Assembly: GCA_023436525.1 (NCBI GenBank)
Contig: JAEZIW010000088.1
Coordinates: forward strand, 1-49,560
Length of the DNA: 49,560 bases
Source of the DNA: Bacillota bacterium
GTDB taxonomy: Bacteria > Bacillota > Clostridia > Christensenellales > SZUA-584
Reading direction: 5' to 3'
Below are positions 27,228 through 35,840 of this stretch, in pieces (position 1 is the stretch's first letter; each line of letters starts with the position of its first letter). The notes beneath the pieces were generated by a model. That model had not been told where the DNA came from, did not search any database, and saw nothing but the letters and a program-made list of their open reading frames with translations. Position numbers and translations under genes: made by a program.

Positions 27228-27449
27228 ATTTGTAATAGGTTATATTGCGATATATAAGAATAGAAAAGTCCTTTACGTCGTGGGAGCGAAGCGACGACTA
27301 CGAAGTCTATGGGGTATTGGTAACAGTGGCAGTTGACCGTATTTATCTCTGCTTCTTTCAGCGATACAGCAGGCGCGAAATCAGCCATTGAGAAGGTACT
27401 CGAATTAAGCAACGTTTACTTATACGGTAAACCAACGGTTGCCGCTTTT
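27212..27449. repeat. 14-bp direct repeat (cggttgccgctttt) flanking a ~210-bp non-coding segment
   Basis: Identical 14-mers at 27212-27225 and 27436-27449. The first is the 3' arm plus T-run of the leuS terminator. Confidence 0.6.
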
Positions 27450-27467
27450 GCTTCACTGTGGTAAAAT
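27439..27467 (+). promoter_or_regulatory. Predicted promoter of the preQ1 riboswitch-queT unit
   Basis: TTGCCG (27439-27444), a 17-nt spacer and TGgTAAAAT (27459-27467). Confidence 0.4.
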
Positions 27468-27492
27468 GCTTCGGTCAGGCAAAAAGCCGCGA

Positions 27493-27536
27493 CGGACAGT
27501 TCGAAACCATCCTGTCCATAAACAAAACTAGGAGGC
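27493..27536 (+). promoter_or_regulatory. preQ1-I riboswitch aptamer
   Basis: ggacag-uucgaaaccauc-cuguccauaaacaaaacuaggagg. It has a 6-bp P1, a 12-nt loop starting UUC, and an A-rich tail ending CUAGGAGG, as in the B. subtilis queC element. It lies upstream of a QueT gene. Confidence 0.65.
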
Positions 27537-27588
27537 CGGATACAACGTCCGGGCGGATGCCGCAAAGGCATCTGCAAACATATTACCA

Positions 27589-28095
27589 ATGAACAAAAAA
27601 CGTATCACGCCGCGCTTCATGGCCGAAGCCGGCATCATCGCCGCGCTTTATTTTGCGCTCACCATAGCCAGCATTCCGTTAAGCTATATGACACCGCAGG
27701 TGCGCATCTCCGAAGCGCTCTGTGTGCTGCCGCTTTTCACGCCCGCAGCCATACCCGGGCTGTTTATCGGCTGCTTGCTTTCAAACCTTGCGGGCAGCCC
27801 CTTGGGGCCTTACGACATTTTGTTCGGCTCTTTAGCCACGCTGGCCGCCGCTGTTTGTGCGCGTTACATTCGCCCAAAATGGCTCGTGCCGCTGCCGGCC
27901 GTGGTGATCAACGCGTTTGTGGTGGCTGCCGTTTTGCAGCATTACCTCGGCATTTTTTACTGGGAATCGGTGCTTTGGGTGGCCGCGGGTCAATTGATTG
28001 CCTGCTATGGCCTTGGCCTGCCGCTGCTGCTTGCATTGAACAAGCACAAAGACAAGCTTTTCAGACGCAGCTATTTTTTAAGAAACGAGAATTAG
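27589..28095 (+). CDS. queT: QueT family queuosine-precursor transporter (ECF S-component-like)
   Basis: 168 aa, 5-6 TM, N-terminus ITPRFMAEAGIIAALYFALT typical of QueT. The preQ1 riboswitch context supports the call. Confidence 0.82.
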   Translation: MNKKRITPRFMAEAGIIAALYFALTIASIPLSYMTPQVRISEALCVLPLFTPAAIPGLFIGCLLSNLAGSPLGPYDILFGSLATLAAAVCARYIRPKWLVPLPAVVINAFVVAAVLQHYLGIFYWESVLWVAAGQLIACYGLGLPLLLALNKHKDKLFRRSYFLRNEN

Positions 28096-28179
28096 CACAC
28101 ATTGCATGTATGAAAAAAAGTGATGAACGGCAGCAATATCGTTCGCATTCGTGTCACCGAACAACAGCTTTGTGGCCGC

Positions 28180-28217
28180 AAGCGGTTTTTCTGTTTAGAA
28201 AACCGCTTGTTTATTTT
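28180..28217 (+). terminator. Intrinsic terminator of queT
   Basis: 10-bp stem aagcggtttt/aaaaccgctt followed by gtttatttt. Confidence 0.75.
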
Positions 28218-28305
28218 CGTGTTTTAAAGGGTTTTCGTTTTTTTCATCGAAATGATTAAATGCTAATTCCCCCTTATCATTTCAATGATTGGCAGCGGTG
28301 GTGTA

Positions 28306-29532
28306 ATGGATGTTTATCTGGCGCGTCAACCCATTTTCAATAAGAACCAGAAGCTATATGGTTATGAGCTGTTTTACCGCAGCAGTCAGATCAACAACTT
28401 TAACTGCGAAGACGGTGACAAAGCATCCTGCGATGTGATCATGAACTGCTTTCATCTGATCGGTATCGAAAATATCACCGGCGGTAAAAAAGCTTTTATT
28501 AACTTTACCGACAGCTTGATTAAAGAAGACATTGCCACACTTCTGCCGCAGAAAGACCTTGTCATTGAGATTCTTGAAACGGTTCAGCCATGTGTTGATC
28601 TTGTTATAAGCTGCAGCGACCTGAAAAACAAAGGCTACACGATCGCGCTCGACGATTTTGTATTCAACGAAGAGTATATGCCGCTTATCGCAATGGCGGA
28701 CATCATTAAGGTGGATTTTTTAAGCACGCCGCCTCATATCAAAGAATCGCTGGTGAACTCTCTGAAAAACCGCAACATCAAGTTTCTCGCGGAAAAGATT
28801 GAAACGCGAGAACAATTCGAGCAGGCAAAAAAGTGGGGCTATTCGTTGTTTCAAGGGTACTTTTTCAGCAAACCCGTCATCATGGCTGTAAACGACGTTT
28901 CACCGATTAAGCTGAATTATATGCAGCTGATTCAAAAAGCAAACGCGGCGGACTTTGATTTCGAGCAAATTGCCGAAATCGTCTCGAGAGACGTTTCGCT
29001 GTCGTATAAGCTGCTGCGTATGGTGAATTCAGCGGCTTTCGGGCTGAGAACACGGGTGAAATCGGTCAGGCAGGCGCTGGTGCTGCTCGGCTCGGAAGAG
29101 ATTAAAAAGTGGGTATCGCTGATAGCCATACGCGGAATAGGAGACGATCAACCCGAAGAGGTTATCACCACGTCTTTGGTAAGAGCACGGTTTCTAGAGC
29201 AGCTTTCGGTGATTTATAACAAAGCCGCACGTCATGACGAGTGCTTTTTAACCGGTCTTTTTTCCACGCTCGATGTGCTGATGAACCGCCCGATGGCCGA
29301 GATACTCAAAGAAATTGCGGTCACTGATGAAATTGTGGATGCGCTGATCCGTAAGGAAGGGCGCATGGGCCGTGCGTATGATCTGGTACTCGCATACGAA
29401 AAAGCAAACTGGGACAGCGTTGAGCAGCTTTGCGGCAAGCTTGGATTTGATACCGGCAGAGTTTCGGATATTTACATTGAGGCGCTTGGCTGGAGCCATC
29501 AGCTCGAAACCGAAATTCGTTTTCAGAGCTGA
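28306..29532 (+). CDS. EAL domain plus HDOD domain signalling protein (putative c-di-GMP phosphodiesterase)
   Basis: EAL-type strings ARQPIF...YGYELFYRS, VIEILET, ALDDF, IKVDF, FLAEKIET, FQGYFFSKP. The HDOD region follows (VSLSYKLLRMVNSAAFGLRTRVKSVRQALVLLG). Confidence 0.87.
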   Translation: MDVYLARQPIFNKNQKLYGYELFYRSSQINNFNCEDGDKASCDVIMNCFHLIGIENITGGKKAFINFTDSLIKEDIATLLPQKDLVIEILETVQPCVDLVISCSDLKNKGYTIALDDFVFNEEYMPLIAMADIIKVDFLSTPPHIKESLVNSLKNRNIKFLAEKIETREQFEQAKKWGYSLFQGYFFSKPVIMAVNDVSPIKLNYMQLIQKANAADFDFEQIAEIVSRDVSLSYKLLRMVNSAAFGLRTRVKSVRQALVLLGSEEIKKWVSLIAIRGIGDDQPEEVITTSLVRARFLEQLSVIYNKAARHDECFLTGLFSTLDVLMNRPMAEILKEIAVTDEIVDALIRKEGRMGRAYDLVLAYEKANWDSVEQLCGKLGFDTGRVSDIYIEALGWSHQLETEIRFQS

Positions 29533-29809
29533 TCATCACGTATTCGTTTATTAATTTTATTGTATCGCCAAGCATACAGCATGACTGCAGTTAAATCATC
29601 GGCTGTTGATTGCAGATTAAAGAAGCAAGTATTCTCATCAGCTGAGCCATCCGCTAACGAACATATGCATGTGAGCGTCATCTTCCGGCAGTTAAAATTA
29701 TAATATGTCGGAACATCTAGTTTTAACTTTTTTTATGCCATCTCTATCGGCATACCGCATAACCACCCGTGCGTATACATAAGGGATCACAAGTAATTCG
29801 AGGTTCCGA

Positions 29810-30505
29810 ATGTATCTAATCAGCGGTATCATTGGCAGTGTCATCGGCGCGGTGGGCACCATTATCGGCGGGCTTTTGGCCCTGCTGATCGGCAAACGCA
29901 TCAAAGAGCCGCGGCCTTTTCTGGCGTTTGCGGGCGGTATGATGGTGGCTGTCGTTTTTTTTGATATGCTGCTGGAAAGCGAAGAGCTCGGAGGGCTGGT
30001 GCGAATGTGCGTCGGCGCATCGGCTGGCGGCGTTTTTTTTGCGCTGGCAGACCCGTTGATTAACCATAGCGAGGAACCATCGCTCTATTCCACAGGGATT
30101 CTTGTTCTCGTTGGTATCGCGCTGCACAACTTGCCCGAAGGGCTGGCGGTGGGGTCGTCTCTGGTGGAAAGCCGTGAGATGGCACTCTCGCTCTCGTTGC
30201 TGATGCTTGTGCACGATATCCCCGAGGGTGTTGTGGTGTGCCTGCCTCTTCGCATGTCCGGCATGAAAGTACGACGTATCTTTTTTCTCGCAATGCTGAC
30301 CGCGCTGCCCACGGCGGCCGGCGCAGTCATCGGCACGGCAATCGGCAGCATTTCCAGGGAAATGATCTCGTTCTGCATCGCTTTTGCGGGCGGTGCCATG
30401 CTGTATATCTCACTGAAAGAATTGATCCCCGCAGCGGGCAAACACAAGGTGTTCTGGTCGCTCTTCGGCGTTTGCTTCGGTTTTTTTATGACGATACTGG
30501 TTTAA
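29810..30505 (+). CDS. ZIP family metal (zinc) transporter
   Basis: ALHNLPEGLAVG and LMLVHDIPEGV are the ZIP/ZupT signature helices. Confidence 0.9.
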   Translation: MYLISGIIGSVIGAVGTIIGGLLALLIGKRIKEPRPFLAFAGGMMVAVVFFDMLLESEELGGLVRMCVGASAGGVFFALADPLINHSEEPSLYSTGILVLVGIALHNLPEGLAVGSSLVESREMALSLSLLMLVHDIPEGVVVCLPLRMSGMKVRRIFFLAMLTALPTAAGAVIGTAIGSISREMISFCIAFAGGAMLYISLKELIPAAGKHKVFWSLFGVCFGFFMTILV

Positions 30506-31580
30506 CCGATTCCGACACCGTGCCCCCGGCAACCGTATAGCTCTTGGCGTGGGCACATTTTAACGGCACGGCTGTGGTGATGAAGCACTGCGCACCCTTG
30601 ATGCGTTCGAGCAGCGCCGACTGGCGCGAAACGTCCAGCTCGGAGAAAACGTCGTCGAGCAGCAGCACCGGGCTCTCGCCGAAATCCGTCCGCGCAATTT
30701 CAAACGTGGCAATTTTCAGCGACAGCATCGCCGTTCTTATCTGCCCCTGAGACGAATAGGCTTTAATTTCGCCGCCGTTCAGCGCCACCGCCAAATCTTC
30801 GCGATGCGGCCCGTACAAACTGAAGCCCTGCTCAATCTCGGACGTCAGCGATTTGTCCATTCTTTCAAACAGCGCCGAGCGGATATCCTCACCGCCCACG
30901 CTTCTTTTGTATTTAATGCTCAAGGTTTCACCCGCCGCAAGATCGTGATGAACCGTACGGCTGATATCATTAAGCCGCTGCAAAAACGCCTGCCGCGTGC
31001 TGATAATGCGCGCGCCGTGGTCGGCCAGCTGCTCGTTGAATATGGTGATGAGCTTTTTCAGCTGATGCTCGGCCATACGCGATTTCAGCAGCGCGTTTTT
31101 TTGCGCGAGCGCTTTGCCGTATTCAAGCAGCTCATAAAAATAAGCAGGCCTCAGCTTGGATATCTCCATATCGATAAACCGGCGGCGCAGTGACGGTGAC
31201 TCCTTAAGCACCTTTAAATCTTCGGGTGAAAACACCACCGCGATAAAATTGCCGAACAGCTCGCCCATTTTTTTAACAGGCTGGCCGTTTATTTTGAGGC
31301 TCTTCTTTTCAAGAACGGACAACAGCGCCTCCACCGAGAGCTGCCCTTGATTTTTGACAATGCCGCCTTTGATATACGCAGATTGCGTACCGTCTTTGAT
31401 GCACTCCGCTTCCTTCTGCGTACGGAACGATTTGCCCATACTCAAAAAACCCACGGCTTCGAGCACATTCGTTTTGCCTGCGGCATTTTTGCCCTGCAAA
31501 ATGTTGATACCGTCGCTAAATGTTGCGCTTAAGGTTTCGTAGCTGCGAAAGTTTTTGAGCACAAGGCTGCTTACATGCAT
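30486..31580 (-). CDS. recF: DNA replication and repair protein RecF
   Basis: LKNFRSY...GKNAAGKTNVLEA Walker A, signature-like SQGQIRTAMLSLK, Walker B VLLLDDVFSELD. Confidence 0.93.
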   Translation of the reverse strand: MHVSSLVLKNFRSYETLSATFSDGINILQGKNAAGKTNVLEAVGFLSMGKSFRTQKEAECIKDGTQSAYIKGGIVKNQGQLSVEALLSVLEKKSLKINGQPVKKMGELFGNFIAVVFSPEDLKVLKESPSLRRRFIDMEISKLRPAYFYELLEYGKALAQKNALLKSRMAEHQLKKLITIFNEQLADHGARIISTRQAFLQRLNDISRTVHHDLAAGETLSIKYKRSVGGEDIRSALFERMDKSLTSEIEQGFSLYGPHREDLAVALNGGEIKAYSSQGQIRTAMLSLKIATFEIARTDFGESPVLLLDDVFSELDVSRQSALLERIKGAQCFITTAVPLKCAHAKSYTVAGGTVSESVKPVSS

Positions 31581-31589
31581 AAACGTCTC

Positions 31590-32777
31590 CTAAATAAAAT
31601 ACGTGTAATACCAAACCGCGCCCCAAACGTTCACGGCTATGCCGAGCACGGCCAGCGCGGCGGGCAGCACTAACTGCCTGCCCAAATGAACCTCGGGCGC
31701 ATCCTCACCGATGATCAGCAGCGCAAACGGCAGCATATCCACAAGATATCGGCATCCAAATTGCCATCCCCCCATAGTCTTGTGGGAGAGCACCATCACA
31801 AGATGCGCAGTGAAGGTAAGAAGCCAAATGACACGCACTGTGTTCAAGCGCTTTTGAAACAGCCTGACAGCCAGCAGGATAAACGCCGGATTCACAAGGA
31901 AAAACAGCGTGCCGTTAAATTCCGGCCAAAACCGCTCTCCGCCCGGCAGCTTTAATATCTCGAGGAAATTTCCCGGGACATAATCAAGCGAAAACTGCGG
32001 CGTGTATAAAAACTCCGGTAAATAATTGTGGCCGAACTCAAACGGATTGTCAAACCGGATTACGTTATAAACGGCTGCCAAAATGCCAACCGCCGCAAGC
32101 GGCAGTACATATTTAATTGATCGAACAAGTGTTCGCATCATGCTGACGTCCTTGATTTTTTGGATCAGCAGATAATAGAGCAGCGGTGCATAAACAACAT
32201 TCATCGGGCGGCACGCAAACGCAAGGCCAAGGCTGAAAAATGAAAAAGCCCAAGCGGCCTTTTTTTGGCTGTCCATAAGGAATATCGCCAGCGTGAGAAA
32301 GAAAAACCCTTGTGTTTGCGCCGAGAACCACACCCAGCCCGTCAGCGACATGTAAAAAAGGTTGGAGCCGAGCGTGAGCAGCAGCCCAACCAGCGAGGCA
32401 TACAGCCCGTCAAAACCGCGCCGCATCATATAGCGGTAAATCAGCACGAACGATAAAAACCCGAAAAGCGTGTTCACAAGGTTGTCCGGCGTGTTCATGC
32501 CGAAAAACGGCACGAGGAGAAACTGAATGACGCTCGGGAACGGCGGAAAGCTCACATAATAGTGGCCGTCGTACCACGCCAGCTCAAGCCACGAGATGTT
32601 TTCAGGCAAGCTGATTTTGCCGTTCCACCACGCCGCCGCCTGCCGCGTGTACGAATCGTAATCGCAATGCGAGAAAATGCCCTGCCCCAGCACGCGGTAC
32701 ATGATGATATATGCACACACAAGCAGCCCCGCCGCGATAATGAAGTGGTATGTGATGCGCTCATTCTTATCGTTCAT
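31590..32777 (-). CDS. Polytopic membrane protein, GT-C (ArnT/PMT-like) glycosyltransferase fold suspected
   Basis: 395 aa, about 10-12 TM, first-loop acidic motif CDYDSY and a GHYYVSFPPFP loop resemble GT-C enzymes. The family assignment is tentative. Confidence 0.55.
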   Translation of the reverse strand: MNDKNERITYHFIIAAGLLVCAYIIMYRVLGQGIFSHCDYDSYTRQAAAWWNGKISLPENISWLELAWYDGHYYVSFPPFPSVIQFLLVPFFGMNTPDNLVNTLFGFLSFVLIYRYMMRRGFDGLYASLVGLLLTLGSNLFYMSLTGWVWFSAQTQGFFFLTLAIFLMDSQKKAAWAFSFFSLGLAFACRPMNVVYAPLLYYLLIQKIKDVSMMRTLVRSIKYVLPLAAVGILAAVYNVIRFDNPFEFGHNYLPEFLYTPQFSLDYVPGNFLEILKLPGGERFWPEFNGTLFFLVNPAFILLAVRLFQKRLNTVRVIWLLTFTAHLVMVLSHKTMGGWQFGCRYLVDMLPFALLIIGEDAPEVHLGRQLVLPAALAVLGIAVNVWGAVWYYTYFI

Positions 32778-32832
32778 ATTGCCGTTATTTTATCATGCGT
32801 GCTCTGTCTTAAGCAATGCGGATTTGCTGTGA

Positions 32833-33357
32833 TCAGCTTTGTGAGTATTCTTCTCTGAACCGGGAAATCTCCTCATCGCTGAAACCGAGCGTGCGCAACA
32901 ACGCTGTGTGCGCGAGAGGTGATTGCTTCTCAAAGCTCTGATGCCATTTTATCGTCGTATCGTTATCGATGCCGGCTTCCATAAGTATCTTTTTCCACAT
33001 CTGCCTGTTGAGTCTTTTGGTTTTGAGATCACCGCGGCTTAACAGCTTAATGATCACAGCCTGCTGGTCTTTAATGGTTTGGATCTGTGAATTGAGTTCG
33101 TTGAGCCGCTTTAGCAGCAGCGACGACACATCCGTCTCATTATAATCAATGTGTTTTTGAATATCCGCCAACGGTATCCCGGCCTCCCGCAGATCCATAA
33201 TCGCGGTCAATCTGCCTAAATCGTCATCGGAATACAGGCGGTATCCGTTTTCTGCGCGCTTTGCGGGAGAGATAAGCCCAATGCGCTCATAGTAAAGCAG
33301 GGCCGTTCGTGAAATTCCGAATTTTTTAGCAGCCGCGCCCACTGTCAGCATAAGCAT
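32833..33357 (-). CDS. MerR family transcriptional regulator
   Basis: N-terminal HTH TVGAAAKKFGISRTALLYYERIGLISP...NGYRLYS. Confidence 0.9.
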   Translation of the reverse strand: MLMLTVGAAAKKFGISRTALLYYERIGLISPAKRAENGYRLYSDDDLGRLTAIMDLREAGIPLADIQKHIDYNETDVSSLLLKRLNELNSQIQTIKDQQAVIIKLLSRGDLKTKRLNRQMWKKILMEAGIDNDTTIKWHQSFEKQSPLAHTALLRTLGFSDEEISRFREEYSQS

Positions 33358-33373
33358 CTCCTCGAAAATGGTG

Positions 33374-33404
33374 TTGACCTGTCTATAACTTTATAGTTTA
33401 TCAT
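33374..33404 (+). promoter_or_regulatory. MerR-type promoter (19-bp spacer with dyad operator) driving the 33440 gene
   Basis: TTGACC (33374-33379), a 19-nt spacer tgtctataactttatagtt containing the dyad ctataa-ct-ttatag, then TATCAT (33399-33404). Confidence 0.6.
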
Positions 33405-33439
33405 CGTCAGTATAACCATAACAAAGGAGGATGTAAACA

Positions 33440-33904
33440 ATGAAAACAAACCCGAACGCTGTCAGAATCGTTAAATCTGCCACCATGTTGCTTAAGGGGG
33501 ACGCGACAACGGTGTTTTCGCTGCTGTGCCCCGCGAAAGAGGCAGACTGGATTAAGGAATGGGTGGACATCTGTACGATTGTATATACGAAGTCGGGCAT
33601 TGCCGAGGAAGCCTGCGTTTTTGAAACGGATGTGCCCGATGAAGGGCATTCGCTTTGGATCTGCAGCCATTACGACGCAGGTAAATGCACCATAACATAT
33701 ATTAAGCACATCGTCGGCAAGGCTGTTGTTAAATGGGATATGCATGTTCGCGATACGGCGGATGGCAGCGCGATTGACAGTGTTTATAACATGACAAGCT
33801 TAAGCGAAGAAGGCGTTGCGTTCTTGAAAAATTATGATGAGACTTTTTTCTCCGTTTTGATGGATGGCCTACAAAAGCAGATCAATGATTATGTGACGAA
33901 ATAA
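33440..33904 (+). CDS. Hypothetical protein, SRPBCC-like fold suspected
   Basis: 154-aa ORF with RBS aaggagg. It is divergent from the MerR gene. The fold guess rests only on size and beta-rich pattern. Confidence 0.55.
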   Translation: MKTNPNAVRIVKSATMLLKGDATTVFSLLCPAKEADWIKEWVDICTIVYTKSGIAEEACVFETDVPDEGHSLWICSHYDAGKCTITYIKHIVGKAVVKWDMHVRDTADGSAIDSVYNMTSLSEEGVAFLKNYDETFFSVLMDGLQKQINDYVTK

Positions 33905-33997
33905 GAATACGGCCTGATAAATCTTTCAGCTTCATTTTAATGAAAGCATTGCTACCGACTAGCGACTGATTGGGTGCTCTCAAATACCCCCTCATCC

Positions 33998-34031
33998 GGC
34001 GCTTCGCGCCACCTTCCCCCTCGGGGGAAGG
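33998..34031. repeat. GC-rich twin hairpin element
   Basis: ggcgc-ttc-gcgcc is immediately followed by ccttcccc-ctcg-ggggaagg, in the intergenic space between convergent genes. Confidence 0.45.
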
Positions 34032-34056
34032 CTTATTATTGATATTTGTTGATATG

Positions 34057-34100
34057 CAAAAAGCGTTCCGCAGCTTTTACCACAGAACGCTTCTTATTCT
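34057..34100. terminator. Bidirectional intrinsic terminator between convergent genes
   Basis: 8-bp stem aagcgttc/gaacgctt flanked by an A-run upstream and a T-rich run downstream. Confidence 0.65.
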
Positions 34101-34113
34101 TCATTCTTAATTT

Positions 34114-34953
34114 TTAATTGTTCTTTATATAAATGTGCGTGCTCGCGGCCTTGCCCGAGAGAATATCAGAAAGGCGGCTGGCGGCACTCGCAATATACAC
34201 GTGGGTGCCGGCCTTGGCGGGGTCCAGCGAGTATTTCAGCTTTGCGCCCGCGCCCTGCGCGCCCGCGCGCGACGCACCATAACAGCAGCTAATCGCGTTT
34301 TGCACGTTTTCCTCCAGCTCCTCAGGGCTGCGGCCCGAAATTTCTTTGATCAGCGTCGACGGGTCTTTGGGGTCTTGATAAATGCCGTCAACCGAGGTTA
34401 ATATGATCAGCGTTTTGGCCTTCACCAGCATTGCAATTACCGCAGCAGTTTCGTCGTTGTCCACGCATTCCACCACGTTCACACCGCCGTTGCCTATCTT
34501 TTTCAGCTCCATCTTGCGGTTTTCTTCACTGGAGACGGGGTCGTTGTAATTGATAATCGGTATGGCTCCCTGTGACGGGGCGCGGCTTAGCAGCTTTAAA
34601 ATATGCTCTCTTTTTTCGGCATCGTTAAAATGGCTGTGCTCCACCAGCACCTGCCGCACCGAGTACTGCGGGCTGATAAACTGACGGTAGTTTTCCATCA
34701 GTATCGACTGCCCCTGTGCGCTGTAATCCGTTTTAATATCCTCCATATCGCCGCCAAGCTCTCTGCCGTTTCGTTTGATGTAATCGATTCGGCCGATCTC
34801 CGTTGCGCCCGAGCTCACCAGCAGCATACCGGGCCGCATTGAATTGCCCAGCCGCGAGAATATATTGTAATCCAAATCGCCGTCCTCTTGACGGATCAGC
34901 GCCATCGACCCTATTTTAACGACGATATCATATGCACTATGCAAAAGCGTCAC
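34114..34953 (-). CDS. Amino acid kinase family protein (glutamate 5-kinase / uridylate kinase-like)
   Basis: VVKIGSMAL..., VSSGATEIG and DNDETAAVIAMLVKAKTLIILTSVDGIY fit the AAK fold. No proA or pyrH context is present. Confidence 0.75.
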   Translation of the reverse strand: MTLLHSAYDIVVKIGSMALIRQEDGDLDYNIFSRLGNSMRPGMLLVSSGATEIGRIDYIKRNGRELGGDMEDIKTDYSAQGQSILMENYRQFISPQYSVRQVLVEHSHFNDAEKREHILKLLSRAPSQGAIPIINYNDPVSSEENRKMELKKIGNGGVNVVECVDNDETAAVIAMLVKAKTLIILTSVDGIYQDPKDPSTLIKEISGRSPEELEENVQNAISCCYGASRAGAQGAGAKLKYSLDPAKAGTHVYIASAASRLSDILSGKAASTHIYIKNN

Positions 34954-35023
34954 TGCTCCTATCCTTGGTCACTTCAATATCGATACCAGTATAATCACAC
35001 AGTCTGTAAATGTAAAGCGCCGT

Positions 35024-35356
35024 TCAGTGTGTATAGTCGATGATAAAAATGTCATCGCCCACCGCGGCAGCCACTGCGTCTCGCATTTTTTTGGCAAACG
35101 GGCACGCAAACCCAATCGGGGTGCCCTTGGCTATGCATGACGCAAACGCAATGCCCTGTGCCCCGCGCCTCACCATTTCCTGCGCCCGGGTCACGGCCTT
35201 TTTGCCGGGGCATCCGCCGCAGGTGTTTATGCCGATCACCTCAATATCTCCTTCAATACATTCAAACGCGCCCTTTTTTTCCTTTGCGAACAATAAATCC
35301 GTCGTGGCGGGGCACATGTCCTCTGTCTGCAAACAGCGAATGATGCCTATTTTCAT
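35024..35356 (-). CDS. CGGC domain-containing protein
   Basis: MKIGIIRC...C and INTCGGCPGK motifs. Confidence 0.8.
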   Translation of the reverse strand: MKIGIIRCLQTEDMCPATTDLLFAKEKKGAFECIEGDIEVIGINTCGGCPGKKAVTRAQEMVRRGAQGIAFASCIAKGTPIGFACPFAKKMRDAVAAAVGDDIFIIDYTH

Positions 35357-35368
35357 ATAACCTCCTAT

Positions 35369-35740
35369 TTATCGACGCACTATTTTATACAAAATCAATG
35401 CGGCAATTATCGCCCAAACCGCGATAATGGGCAGCGCGAAGTACCACTTTTTCGGTCTGCCGGTTTGCCACATGTTTTGGGCCTGCGCTTCGCACTCGTC
35501 CATAATCTTTTTGGGGATCAGCTTGATAGACAGCGCAATCAGCAAAGGCAGAATGATGATGTCGTCAAGAAGCCCCAGTATCGGAACGAAATCAGGAATC
35601 AAGTCGATGGGCGAGAGCGCATATCCAACGGTGATGCCCACGGCGATTTTGGCTGCCAAAGGGGTATCTTTTCTTTTTAAAGCAACATATAATGCCGCTA
35701 TTTTCGTTTTCAGCTGCTTTGCTTTTTCTTTTAACTTCAA
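35369..35740 (-). CDS. YkvA/DUF1232 family membrane protein
   Basis: YALSPIDLIPDFVPILGLLDD is the DUF1232 signature. TTG start. Confidence 0.75.
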   Translation of the reverse strand: MKLKEKAKQLKTKIAALYVALKRKDTPLAAKIAVGITVGYALSPIDLIPDFVPILGLLDDIIILPLLIALSIKLIPKKIMDECEAQAQNMWQTGRPKKWYFALPIIAVWAIIAALILYKIVRR

Positions 35741-35794
35741 TTGCTCACTTCATTCAATCATTTCTGTCGGCCTGTTCACACCAGTTTTATTATA

Positions 35795-35828
35795 ACAAAA
35801 AACAGAGGCCTGTTTAAAGGCCTCTGTT
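35795..35828 (-). terminator. Intrinsic terminator downstream of the CPBP protease gene
   Basis: Stem aacagaggcc/ggcctctgtt with a T-run on the minus strand. Confidence 0.7.
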
Positions 35829-35840
35829 CTTCTATTCGAA

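Noticed and set aside
27224-27412. 62-aa ORF on the minus strand inside the leuS-queT insert.
   Set aside because: It has no RBS and an implausible composition, and it spans hairpin-rich non-coding sequence.
29691-29727. Inverted repeat gttaaaa-N23-ttttaac upstream of the ZIP transporter, considered as a Zur box.
   Set aside because: The arms are only 7 bp of AT-rich sequence separated by 23 nt. It does not resemble the Firmicute Zur consensus (AAATCGTAAT-N-ATTACGATTT) and is likely chance.
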